NCBI GenBank assembly: GCA_907165135.1
Contig: OU015566.1
Location: 9,486,001 to 9,550,000, forward strand
Length of the DNA: 64,000 bases
DNA from: Oikopleura dioica
Taxonomy: Eukaryota; Animalia; Chordata
Direction: 5' to 3'
Part shown: in pieces, positions 11,190-23,159 of the stretch
Position numbering within the stretch: the stretch's first letter is position 1
How the letters are laid out: each line of letters begins with the position of its first letter
Notes under the pieces: model-generated
Told to the model about the DNA's origin: nothing
The model's input: only the letters and a program-made list of their open reading frames with translations
Databases searched by the model: none
Translations under genes and position numbers: made by a program

Positions 11190-11863
11190 AGCCTGCACAT
11201 AGAGGTCTAACTTCGTTGCCTATGAATGAGTTTGAAGTTCTCGAGCACATTCTTTAATCAAAATTTTTCGAATCTCTTCACATGGATCAAAAAGACCGCA
11301 AAGTAACTCAAATCGGTTTCCGATCATCAAAGGTGAAGATCGATCTTAGTAATTGCCTTCACGACAAGTCATGTTGCGATGGTTATTCCTGTTCTCTTTG
11401 ATCAACACTTCACCACTCTGTTTCGAAGTGTGGCGAAACAAACGATTACTGTTTTTACTGGAACAACCCCAACAGAAATTCATCTTGCAATTGCAACACT
11501 TGTACAACGTGTCAAGTAGTCACAAAGACGAAAAGCATTATTGCAAGTACTACCGAGGCAAAGGTGTATGATAAAATCTCGACATCTATGATGATCAAGC
11601 AGGGGCTAGGAGGTTTCGTCGTGAGTCAAAGACCTAAATACGGATTTCAGGTAAACAAACTGAACAGATTTATGATATATTCGCTGAGTACAAAGCATGA
11701 TGGGGCCCAATAGTCGGGGTAGGCAGACAAGTCCTTCGACGCCGCAGTGCAGGGACCGATCACCATCGACACAAGCTTCGAAACATCTGTCGATTTCACC
11801 TGCGATACTGGCGTTCTCCCGGGGCACCAGAAGAACATCATTGCAAAAAACGATGAGCACCAC
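11190..11863 (-). pseudogene. Degenerate Cys-rich remnant resembling an IBR/RBR E3-ligase region
   Basis: Reading through stops and one frameshift gives C-LGST-C ... YK-C-CN-C-KMN-FC-WG-C ... H-RNMT-C, matching IBR spacing. In-frame TAG at 11606-11608. Confidence 0.35.
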
Positions 11864-12238
11864 GAAGGATACGATGTTAGAAAATGGTCTGTCCTGATCT
11901 TCTATATGAGAATTTTTCTACTAAAATGAACGATCGAAAACGTGCGTGAACGTAGTGAAGTTCTACGGATTAATTTTTATGATTCTCCAACTTCCTGAAA
12001 ACAAAGTGGGTATTTGTTATGGATTCGGATATGTTTTTATGATTATTTGCTGACATTTTCTAATTGTTCACCAACGTGCGTTTGTTTTGGCCCAAATCAA
12101 CCCAGCGACGTTTTTGCTCTACGATTTCGATTCCAGAGAAACCGAGCTGATTATGAATGTTAACCAAGCTTTGGCATATAAACTCGCGGTTTCGCTCCAT
12201 TCTATCAGAAAAAATATTTTTCTTCTTCACTTTTAAAA

Positions 12239-13410
12239 ATGAGGTTTTTCAACGTCGCCGCCCTTGCTTCGCTTGCAACGGGTTTATGTGTATGGAGAGA
12301 CGATTTCAAGGTAAATGAGAGAGAAATAGAGAGAATTATGAAAAAAGCGAGAGTATGCAAATAATTTGACATTTTTAGCCAAATAAATGCGTCGATCTTA
12401 CTTTCAAGATGACAAAGACCAACTCCTGGGTCTGCAAAGATTGCTTCAACTACAGGTAACGCGCGAAGATTTATAAATCTTCTCAATAACATTCATAATT
12501 AAAGAGTTGAATTCAACACGCAGGCAGTCAAGATTAAGTGGTGGTTTACGAACAGCGATTTCCTCTATATGACTTTTGACAGGCCGGTCAGTTTTGTCAC
12601 GGCGGCTCATCCTGTGAACGACGTTACTTTCTTCGACGAGGATGATCAGGGCCGACAACGGTACCGAATCGGGTTCAAGCCTGATTTCTTTCCTGGAGAC
12701 AATCGAATCGACTTCAACATCCGTGAGTTTTGCTGGATAATGAACATTGCTCATTTTTCTTTTTAGAATTCCGAGAAGATAACCTCACATCTCATGCAGT
12801 TGCGCTCATCGTCTGTCCATTCTGCTATCCCTTCCCTGACTACATCGAGGTCTACACTCCTGAACTCATCAAAGACGAAGTCCAAAAAATGAAGGAGATT
12901 GTGACAGATCTCATTCCTGGGGGAATCCCGAGCTTGTCAGACCCGAAAGAAGCGACTTCCTCTGTCGTTACTAAGATCGACATCGTCAAGTTTTCAGGCA
13001 AGATTGATAAGGTCCTCAAATTCTTCGAGATCGACGACGTTCTCGTTGACTCCAGTTTCATGTGCGTCCAGCCTTACAACGAAACTACCTATCAATCCGA
13101 TGGTTACAACCAATGGTAAGATATTTAAGCTGATTTCGACAAATAATCTTAATTTTATTTCAGGCTTTTCCAGAATCAAGATGAGCTTGAAAGACTTTCA
13201 AACAGTGATGAGTTGAAAGATATCTGCGACTTGGTCCATCTCATTGAAGCCGGCATAGAAGCGATGGCACAAACGTATGCCTGCCTGGATATGCTTCCCG
13301 ATCGCTGGCAAGACAAGCTCGACAACAAGATTGCCAAGATCAGTAATGGTCAAGGCAGGGAATGCAAGAGGCTTTACAGGCGATTAGAAAGAGAGCAAGC
13401 AACTAACTAA
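12239..13410 (+). CDS. Secreted ~290-aa protein, paralog 1 (Trp/Cys beta-rich N-terminus, CBM2-like; helical Cys-containing C-terminus)
   Basis: Five exons with GT-AG introns: MRFFNVAALASLATGLCVWRDDFK / PNKCVDLTFKMTKTNSWVCKDCFNY / VEFN..WWFTNSDFLYMTFDRPVSFVTAAHP..FKPDFFPGDNRIDFNI / ..CPFCYP.. / ..ICDLVHLIEAG..YACLD. TATAAA 12177-12182. Clear paralog at 15571-16920. Confidence 0.85.
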
Positions 13411-13467
13411 TATTTCATACCATACTGTCAATATGAGAGCCATCACTGTACAAATTACAAATAAACT

Positions 13468-15361
13468 TTATTCGTTAAAAATCTGATTGTACATTTCTCC
13501 GAATTCAGAGGTCAAAATACTCTTTGAACTCGTTGAATTTTGAGACGAAGATCGAGAAAATGTCTCTTTTATATCTTCGTCGATCAAAATCTGGTTTTTC
13601 TCAACATAAAGCTCAAGAAATTTTTCCGAGAAAGATGCGGGTTCCGTGAAGAAGCGTTTGTCTTCTTCATTTGTGAAATTGAAGGTGTCCCGAAAGAACT
13701 GATCAGGATAGTTAGAGATCTAAAAGAAAGTCTTGTTGAGCCACTAAATAGCACTTAATTGTCCAAAAACTTATAACATAGTGGCAAAACACGTCTAACA
13801 CGCAATTTGCAAATAATTCCAGACTTACGGGAAGAAATCTCTCTTCGATTCTTGAAACGTATCGAACAAGGTCTATATCTGAAAATGTCTATAAAACCAC
13901 GAATTCATGTTTGATATATTATAAACCTAAATACGGAATTCTTGCTTCTACATTGTTGTAAGCCGCGCTCTTGTTCGCCACGATAGAGCTTGATTTTGCA
14001 TCGCTCCTAAATCGGATTTGCTTCACTTTCATTTTTTGCTTCTTGCCTGATGATTTGCTTTGCGGTTTCAGAAAACCGCTCTTTGTTGTTCAGCTTTTGT
14101 AAAAAATCAAGACCGCCAAAAACTTCGCGGCCAGTTGTAGGGGTAACTATCATTTTCAGTCCATGTTCGTTTGCCTTTTTTGACGCTATAAAGTGGTTAT
14201 TAAAATATTAATCAATAAAAAAGTTGCCGTAGTAAATCGTAGAGCCTTCAAAAATCTTTGCTGGATCAGCTGATTCAATCGCGTACATGATATCTTCTAT
14301 GTCTTCAAGAATTCGACTCGGAGAAATAGTAATAGCGTGTAAGTCACAACCATATTCTTTTTGCAATTTTCGAATATCATCATCGCTGTAGAAAAAATCG
14401 CCATGAAGTATGATCGGGAAAATCCTCTTCTTATCGTTGACTCGACCTTGAATCGCGTGAAATAGCAGTTCTGCGTAAATTGAACCGTCAAGAAGGACTG
14501 CAAACGGAATCTTCTCGGGGATGATGCGCTCAACAGCAATGCAGAATTTCGTAAGAATTTCTTCAGTACTCCAATTTTTTATAGGAGCAAAAGAGTGCTG
14601 GAGCGGGTTGTTTGGAATTGTCTTCACTTGTTTCGTCTGTTGTATTCTGTCGATCAAATAATATTTCCCGATAGGAAAGTCAAAGATTTCATCCATATGC
14701 TCAACTTGGTTCATCAAGCCCTTCTTTTCCGAAGCGAACCAAGATTCTCCATTCTTATCTTTGCAGAAATGAAGAGGCACTTTTCCACCAAAATCTCGGC
14801 CGATGATGACTTTTTGTTTCTTCATATCGACCAAGATAAAAGCAAACATTCCAACAAGGTCGACTTTTTGAAGAAAATTTGGACCGAAAGCTTGGTAACA
14901 CGTTATGAAAGTCTCGCAATCGGATTCTGATCTCCTTTGTTTATCTAAATTACTTTGGTGATAAATTCATATAAACTTATTTTACTGATCGTGGGGTCGA
15001 TCTTATCCAGCTGTTTCCAGATAGATTTATAGTTGTAAATTTCTCCATTAGCGATGCAAACGATAGATGAGTCATATGAACTCAGTGGCTGCGTTCTGAA
15101 AAAAATAAAGTTTGCTAAATATTTAAACGATTTTCGTACCCGCTTGTTCCACCAACAAATCCGAGCCTCAAGTGGCCTAGAATAAAGTTTTCGCCCCAAT
15201 AGAAGCCTGTCGAGTCTTGACCTCGATGTTCCATGCAATCAAGCTTCAAGTGGCCAATTAATGAATTTAACTGTTGATTCAAAATTTACGTTTTCAAGAA
15301 AGTTTTTTTCATAATTTTCGGGATGTCCTTCAAGTCCAAAAACGGCGAGAATTCCACACAT
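13468..15361 (-). CDS. Asparagine synthetase-like protein with degenerate synthetase domain
   Basis: MCGILAVFG, HRGQD, ANGEIYNY, SDCE, GMFAF, GRD..GKVPL, FASEKK, ANKSAAYNNVEARIPYL. Two GC-AG introns (14186-14227, 14007-14046) keep the frame; stop 13468. Confidence 0.85.
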
Positions 15362-15570
15362 CTATTCTCTTAGTTAGGAAAAATTGCTTCCTGTTTTGAT
15401 TGTTGAGTAAAACAATTATGCTTTTTAGACAACTGATTTTGAGAGAAGATTTTTCGAACATAAAGTTTTATTTAGTCAATAGGTACAGTTGTTCTGGTCG
15501 TTTATGTACAGTTGACAATTTCAGGTTGAAATTGAGTCTTTTGGAATTTCACAATTTTTCAGCGAGAATT

Positions 15571-16920
15571 TCAAAGTTTGATGCCGTGGCATTTTGGGCC
15601 CTTCGACCAACTGATTTTCTCGATTTTGTACTGAAATCGTCTCTGAAATCGGTCTTTCATTGCGTCAAGACAGACGTAGCTTCTGGCCATTTCGTCCACA
15701 CCCTGTTCGATGAGCTCGACAAGTTTGCAAGTGTCTTCTACTTCAGGGCTTAGTCGGAGGGTTTCCATCAAGGCTTCGTTAGTATTGAGCCTAGAATCGT
15801 TATTAATCTAATTCTTTTCAAGATTTTAGCTCACCATTGGGCATACGAATTAGTCATATACTTCTCTGAGTCGAAAGGTTGCGCACATTCGAAGTCAGGA
15901 GAAATGATTTCGTCGACAGATCCTGCAAGATTGAAGTATTTGTTGACTTTGTTCATTCTGTTCTTGTATCTCTCGTAGTTAATGTGAGTCTTCTTTTCGG
16001 CCGTGATGTCGATGTCGCGCATTGCAAGGAAGTTCTCGTGGATCTCCTCGGGTGTGAACTCTTCGACGAAGATTGGAGCTGGATAGCACCAGGGGCACAT
16101 GATTCCGGTGGTTACGTGGGAGGTGAGGTTGGCTTCTCGGAACTCTTAGAAAGACGAATTTTGAGTTTGTTGAAGTAGCGTTAAGTTAAATATACCAATG
16201 TTAAAGTCGATCCGATTATCGCCAGGGAAAAAATCTGGCTTGAAAGAGAGCTTGTAAGTTGAATAGGTACTGTCGGCCGCAACGACATCCTGGATGGGAT
16301 GGGCAGTGGTCACAAAGCTGACGGGCTGGTCAAAACTCAGATACAAAAAGTCCTGGTTCGTCCACCACCACTGCATATTCATGTCTGCGAGATTGAACTC
16401 CACTCTAAAAGCAGGACTAAAATATCATTCTTGCTCAAAGTCTTACCTGTAGTTGAAGCAATCCTTGCAAACCCATGCGTTCGTCTTGCTCATTTCAAAA
16501 GTAACATCAACACATTTATTTGGCTTTTCGAAGGTCAACACAATTGAAAATTAAAATCTTGTGCCTGCTTAATAATAACTACTTTCTCTTTTAACATAAA
16601 TATTGATCATTAATACTACGCATGTTATATTATAATAGCTGTCTAATTATACCACTTCTTAATAATGACACGTAGCGGCGTAAATATTGATCATTTCCTA
16701 AAATAAACTCGTAAACTAAAAAGATATGTTGATAAGAGCTTATTACGACAATTAACAAAGCTTTCTATAAATTAGAATTGTACAAGTTATTAATAAAAAA
16801 TAGCCAAACGTATTGAATTTCTTTTTCTCTCTCTCTCTGTGACCCAATCTTTTGATGATCTTTCCAAACGCATTCAGCTGAAATGGCTGCGACGAGCGAA
16901 GCGGCTTTTAAAAACTTCAT
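15571..16920 (-). CDS. Secreted protein, paralog 2 of the 12239-13410 gene
   Basis: MKFLKAASLVAAISAECVWKD / PNKCVDVTFEMSKTNAWVCKDCFNY / WWWTNQDFLYLSFDQPVSFVTTAHP..FKPDFFPGDNRIDFNI / CPWCYP / TCKLVELIEQG..YVCLD. Same intron positions as paralog 1; TATAAAA on the minus strand at 17017-17023. Confidence 0.82.
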
Positions 16921-17339
16921 ATTGAAATTTATCTTTCAAATATGAAAGTTGATCGAGAAGCTCTTGAAAATATATGTATCTATATTTTTGATGGATTCGA
17001 AGGAGCCTGAGCCCGCTTTTATATCCTGAGCGCAGGATCTAACACGAGGGCGCTGAAACGGTTGTTTTTCCCGAAAATAACGGTGCTAAACGAAACGTGC
17101 ACGTAAACTGCGTCACTAAAAATACTAAGCTCTTTGTTAAAAACAAATTACAGGTTAATTGTCATCATCGCAGATCATGTAAAATAATAAATATGATTTG
17201 GCGAGTCGACTGATTATTGCTTTTAATTGTAATTGCAAATTATTAGTGCTGAATTCAATTTACCAGGCTGACAGACGCAGGATTTGAAACCTTTTCTGAT
17301 TCTTCTCATAAGGTATCGAGATATTACTAATATGATATA

Positions 17340-17417
17340 ACTTATAGCCTATAAGTTATAGGCTATAAGTCACAGAGTAAGGGTCAGGGTAAGGGTTAGA
17401 GTTAGGGTTTAGGGTTA
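17340..17417. repeat. Perfect 15-bp-arm palindrome followed by degenerate telomere-like (TTAGGG) tract
   Basis: acttatagcctataa-g-ttataggctataagt (17340-17370), then taagggtcagggtaagggttagagttagggtttagggtt. Confidence 0.75.
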
Positions 17418-18483
17418 AAGAGTCATTGACTCGGGTTTTATCTTCATATCAAAGTGCTACTTTTTATTTCGATACTTCTGTCAAGAGTACTTATGAAGTT
17501 CATTATTCCGAAGAAAAATTCGAGCTGTTTTTCGCAAGTATTCGAAATGAGCGATTCCGTCTGATTCAATTTAAGGCGAGGCACTCACGTTTCAACAAAG
17601 TTTGACTATACTTGGTAAGCAATTATGTGAAATCTCATCGAACTCACAAAAACTTATTTCTAACATCTGAGCATTGTTGCTTTCCTCATCCTATTACAAT
17701 TTTTAAACGTGCTCACAAGTATTTTCAAAATAATCGAGAAAGTATTCGGAAACAAAATGGCCGCTAATTAATCGCTTTTGTGAAAACACTTCAGTTCTCT
17801 TTTGCCTTAATCCGATCCTTAATTTACCGAACATGCAACGTGTTTCATTTGTTGCAGGAAACAAAAGGAATAATCATTAAATTAATGGTAAGGCAAGGCT
17901 TACAACGCCGCTATGTTGCTACGAAAAACAAGTAGATTGTTGGCGATATTTCCGAATGTCCCTAATTGACAAGAACATATATGCCATGGTAAAACGAGAG
18001 AAAAATGACTCATTTGAACTTAGAAAGGCTATTCAAAAGTACCTTGAATAGTAAACCTGGACAATAAAATGAGTTCAATTTGTGACAGCCTGTCACTAAC
18101 TGTTTCGACCAATATCTCATCTTTTTTGTTCAAAAACAAGCTCAAGGAGATCAGAGGCAATGAAATTATTCTTGGATACCTTCTTGTCTATTTTCATCAT
18201 AAATTGATTCACGCTTTCAACCGAGGTTCACCGAATCCAAAATGAGAAAAAAAAGTACCATCGACTAGTCATCGTCCATTTCCTAGTCATCGTTTAAATT
18301 CGTTAAATTTAAGTAGTCAAATGAATTCAATCGATGAGCGGCAGATATCAGTAAAAATATTTTCAAGGGCGCAAAGTCCAAAATATGCAAGTAGCAAGGA
18401 ATCTTTGAAAAACTCAAAACTTAAAGTTTTAAGAAGCAATGAATTGATTGAAAGGTTTATTTTGAAGAAATAAATGCACATCT

Positions 18484-21400
18484 TCAGTTTTCCGCCTCGT
18501 AAACGACGCTCGGGTAAACCTTGTTTTTCAACCTGGTCATGTTTGCAAGCTCGATAACGCTGTTTCGCAGACGTTCGATCTTGCTTTGGACTTCTGCAAT
18601 GACTATTTCGGGTTCTTCCTCAACTTCATCCTGAATTCCGAGCCGTTTAATAATGAGCGAAAAATATCGTTTCCTACCTCTTGTCTGGAAATTTCGACCT
18701 GTGTGTTTTGAGATGCGATACATTGTTTAATCAATCCATCGAGGGTGTTGTCTCCTTGCCTTTCGTCGGCTCTTGGGTAACATTCGAGCTGTAAGGAAAT
18801 GAATTATGATGTTTTTATCTTAGATTTTACCGGGAATTTGTTCAAACTGACGGCATGATCTCCAGGAACTCTCGGCCAACAAACGATCTCAATTGTTCTG
18901 TGTTTCTTGCTTGCCATCAGAGAGTAGAGGAAATATTTGCAGATCTTCAAGATATGGTAAATTGACGCAATTGGCGTTGGAATAGGATCCTTGTGAAGGT
19001 ATTCCATGACGACATCGAATCTTTTGAGCTTCCAAATTTGATCGGCATCTTCTTGGACATTTTCATAAGTTGTTGCGAACAGAGCAACAAGAAGATTGAC
19101 GAGCATAACATTCGCCACGAGCATGTAGAGTCCGAGGAAAAGTGTATTGATCCAATATCGCTCTAAACCAAACTCGTTCGAATAAAGAAAAAATAATGAT
19201 AAAAACCTGGACATCTGCTGAATTTCTTTTCATAGAAAAGCAAAAGGCCGTTGCTGGAAATCATTCCTTGATCTAGCTCCTCAATTTGATCTAACTCATC
19301 TACTTCTTCTTCTTCGTCTCCACTCTCGACCGCGACATAATCTTTATCATCGTCGTGAAAAAACTCAAGCAGCAACATGTCAACTGTCAGATCTTTGTGC
19401 TGAATGTATCTGTCTTTCATTCCAGCAAGAGTAGGAAAATTTTTCTTCTTGAAGTTGTAATTATTTCCAAGTTTGCTTTTGTAGTCTTGATCAGTAAAAT
19501 TAAAGCGGCGTTTATCTGTTTTCAGGTTCAATATTTTATATGTTTCCGAAAAATGGAAACAGCTTATGATATTCTTACTAAAAAAGCTTAGTTTGCACTC
19601 AAGTAGTATGTAATTTAAGACAATCTGACGCACTCTGTAGAAAAGGAGGATTAACATTGTGCGCAGAATTTACTCTTCGACTAAGAGTCGTTAATTGCAC
19701 CACAGATTATCGTACATTTGATAAGTAACAGATGCCAGAAAATTATTATCATCAAAAGAACCGTTCTCAAACGAGTAAGTCATCAAAGCTCCTAAAACAA
19801 TAGCTTCGCTCCCAAAGCACGAGCCAGCATTGCAGTCAGGGAGAACATCATTAAATTGAATGTCCAATTCCTTCGTGATTCTTCTCTCAAAGATGTTCAG
19901 CTTTAGTCTCTCTTAAATTCAGAGACTTAGATATTGTCTTTAACACTTTTGATTACCTGAAACGATGCCTACATTCGTTGGAATAATTTCTTCTTTCTTA
20001 ACTCCATCGTCAATATATGAATTGTTGAACGTATAAATGCTTGGGACTGGAAATATTTCTATGATGTCTTTTAACGCATTTCTTCGCAGCTTATCGGTAA
20101 TTATTTTAACAGCATCATTCTTTGCCTTGTCCAACTCGGTTTCTAGTTCTAAAACTGCAGAATCTGTTCCATTTTGAGCAGATTCAGTTTCATCAGTTGT
20201 TGCCTCCGCAGTTGTCACATTTTCAGTTGACGGATCTAGAGTGATTTCCGGGGCTGCAGTTGTTGCATTATTTTGATCATCCTTATCCTCAGGTAAAATT
20301 TGCTCCCAAGGACTGAAGACATAGTAGTCGTAATGAGAGCTATTTGCTCCGTCGATTTTCTGGATAAAGTCATCGAATGGGCCACCAGGATCGTCGAACA
20401 AATATGCGTAAGTAGTTTCATATTTTTCGGTTTTATTTATCAAATCGTTATCAACTTTCAAAACGCGAACTCGATCGAAGCACTCGCCAAAAATATCTAT
20501 CAATGTGACTGTTTCTTTGATTCCGGCTTTCTTGATCACTCCATCTTCGTCTTCAGTATTCTTTCCCTGTAATGAAGATATAGTTTAATAATTTGCAACT
20601 ATCAAAATAAACATACCTTATGAAATTCACAGGTGATCTCGTCAATACCCGATTCTTCGCCAAAATCGCAATCATAATTCATCAAATAAAAAGCGGTAAG
20701 CTGCGACATGTGCGATGGCGTGCATTCATTCCAGAGTTTTAGCTCCCTTTCCCACTCGTGTGTAAAGTTTTTCATCAGTTCAGTCATTTGAACGTATCCA
20801 AAGCCTCCGTATATGTCATTAGTGGTCGTTATCGCGCGAATATCTTCTGCACTGACACAGCCTTGGAGGTCATCGTTGTGCTCGTACTCTGTGTATTCGC
20901 TCATGATTAAATCACCGTACAGGTTTAGAATAGGCTTGAAGAAAACACCTTCCATAGTAGCTGCGAGCCTATGTTCGTTTGGATGCATTAAACCGGTTGT
21001 CACAACACCATAGGGAACCAGAAACATAGCAAGAATGAAGATAAACATAATTAAATCAACCATCATCCCCATGATAGAAATAACAAGTGGCCCAAGTCGG
21101 CGATGAATGTTGTAGAACTGAAGAAATGCCATCGACATCGCAACGAATGTCATCGCATAGAAGATCTGCGCCCATTTCATAAAAGAGGCGTCCACGAAAA
21201 TATCATTTGTGAGAATTCCAAGAGGACAATAATTTATGATTCCGGGATGATCCTTCTTCGCGCTGATATATTTAAGGGGATACATGCCGTAATTGTTGTC
21301 TACAAAGTCTCTAGCTGCTCTTGAAATTGTAGTTTCATTGTACAACGGATTTGCATCGTTAGAAAGGAACGCAGAAATTGAGGAAAATTTATAGTCTTCT

Positions 21401-22955
21401 TTGAATTTAGTCCAGTTGCCATCGCCCTCGTCAAAAAGATCAATTCCGATTTTTTTACCTTCTTCATCGTATATCTCCAAGTCCTTGAAAGCTTGGACGT
21501 TGTTTTCATAAATAGTTTCGTATGATATAACGCCGACAGTTCTAAATATAAGTCCCACGACAAAACAGACGAAAGAGAACGAGTAGAGAATATTCCAAGG
21601 ATCTCGTAGAATAAGCCGAATCTTCGACCTCTTGGACATATGTGGAATCGCTATAAACTTGCTGATTCGTTCTGCTTGAATGCTGATCATCCAGGCAATG
21701 AGAATGTACTCGTAGAAACCAACTCTGATACAAAATTCCTGTAGAATGACGAATGCGAAGAGTGCTAGAAAACCTAGGTAGAAAACGGCTTCAACTATCA
21801 TAGTGAATAGCGGCGAGGTGCAGTAGTTTGCTATCATCATCAGAAAGCCTGGATCGTAGCCCTTATTTGTTCCAACGTTTTGCCTTGAGCTGACTGGATT
21901 CGGATACTGTTGTCCAGACCAACAAAAGCCTGATTTGAGCCATGGGATTCTGTCGATAAATGGATTTTTCGACGACTTCATGAAGAATGGAACAAGAAGT
22001 GGGCAGATCGTACAAACGAAGAGAGTGAAATTTGATGCCGGTTCCATCGCACCTGTCCAGATTTGATCTAACAAGTCTTGCACTGCATGTGTGGACATGA
22101 ACTTTTTCAACCTGGCCTTTTCTGCAAGCGCTAAAGCAGTTCGTTTTCCCCAGTGGCGGTTCTCAACACGAATCAAGTAGGAGCAAAGTTCGCTATCCAC
22201 TGAGTAGCAAGCATCAACAAGTTTGACAGTGTACTCTTCGATTTCTTCCTGAAGTTCCCGAAACGATCCCTTCAAAACCGACATTGAGTTAGTCATGTAA
22301 ATTTCTCCTTGAATCAAGCAGTTTTCTAAAATCAGAGCGATACCCAAGTCAAAGCCGAGAACGCTGGCGACCGCTGGACCAGAGTATTTATCGTCAATTT
22401 CCAAGCCATCTTTAACGTGATCACGAATCATCTCAAGACATTCCCAATTATTGAACAAGACGCTCCACATAGCTAGTTCACGAAGAACAAGTCCTGTTCC
22501 GCAAAGTTCAACTCTCTCCTCATTTGGTTCTGGGATGTGATTTCTATCGCGATCTCTATCACCTTCTCTAAATGCTTCTTCCTCTGCCTTCCAAGTCTCT
22601 GGGAGGATCCATGGCATATTCATAATTGGTTTGTCTGGATTCAGGAACCATTCTTCTCTTCTTGTTTCAACAAAAGATTTATCGGACAAGAAGTCATCGT
22701 CAAAGATGTTCAGAAGCTCGATGAAGATCCCAAGATTTGGTCTCTCCTCGTCTAGAAAATATTGAAATATGGAAAAAGTGCTTCTAGGCTACCATATTTT
22801 ACAGCTCCACATAATCCAGCTTTAACTTTCCTGATTGCATCGTCAGTTTTGTCATTCAATACCTTTTCGAACAATGTTCTCTGGTAGTTATACGTATAAA
22901 GCTCGAACAAAAACCGAGGAGTAACTTTCTCGGGATGTTCGAGCAAATACTCCAT
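18484..22955 (-). CDS. TRPM-family cation channel (short N-terminus, expanded extracellular loops)
   Basis: ELAMWSVLFN, WGKRTALALAEKARLKKFMSTHAVQDLLDQIWTG (MHR4), six TM helices, LGPLVISIMGMMVDL, pore LYGDL, S6 NVMLVNLLVALF, TRP box ADQIWKLKRFDVVMEY, C-terminal coiled coil. Confidence 0.9.
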
Positions 22956-23159
22956 TCTGAGAGTGAGCTCGTTTGTTTCGAGCTAGTCTGAGAAGTACTT
23001 TTTATCGTTAATTTTATGCTTTATGCTGGGCAGAAGTTGATTTTACGATTGTCAGAAGGCTGTAAATTATTTTATCAGAGAGTTTCGCACGTAATAAAAT
23101 CACGTTTAAATAATTTTTCGATGAAGAACTTTAATTTATAACGATAATTTCTAATACCT

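Noticed and set aside
14030-14040. Apparent +1 frameshift in an A6 run of the ASNS-like gene
   Set aside because: A 40-nt GC-AG intron (14007-14046) removes it and gives a better length match to ASNS.
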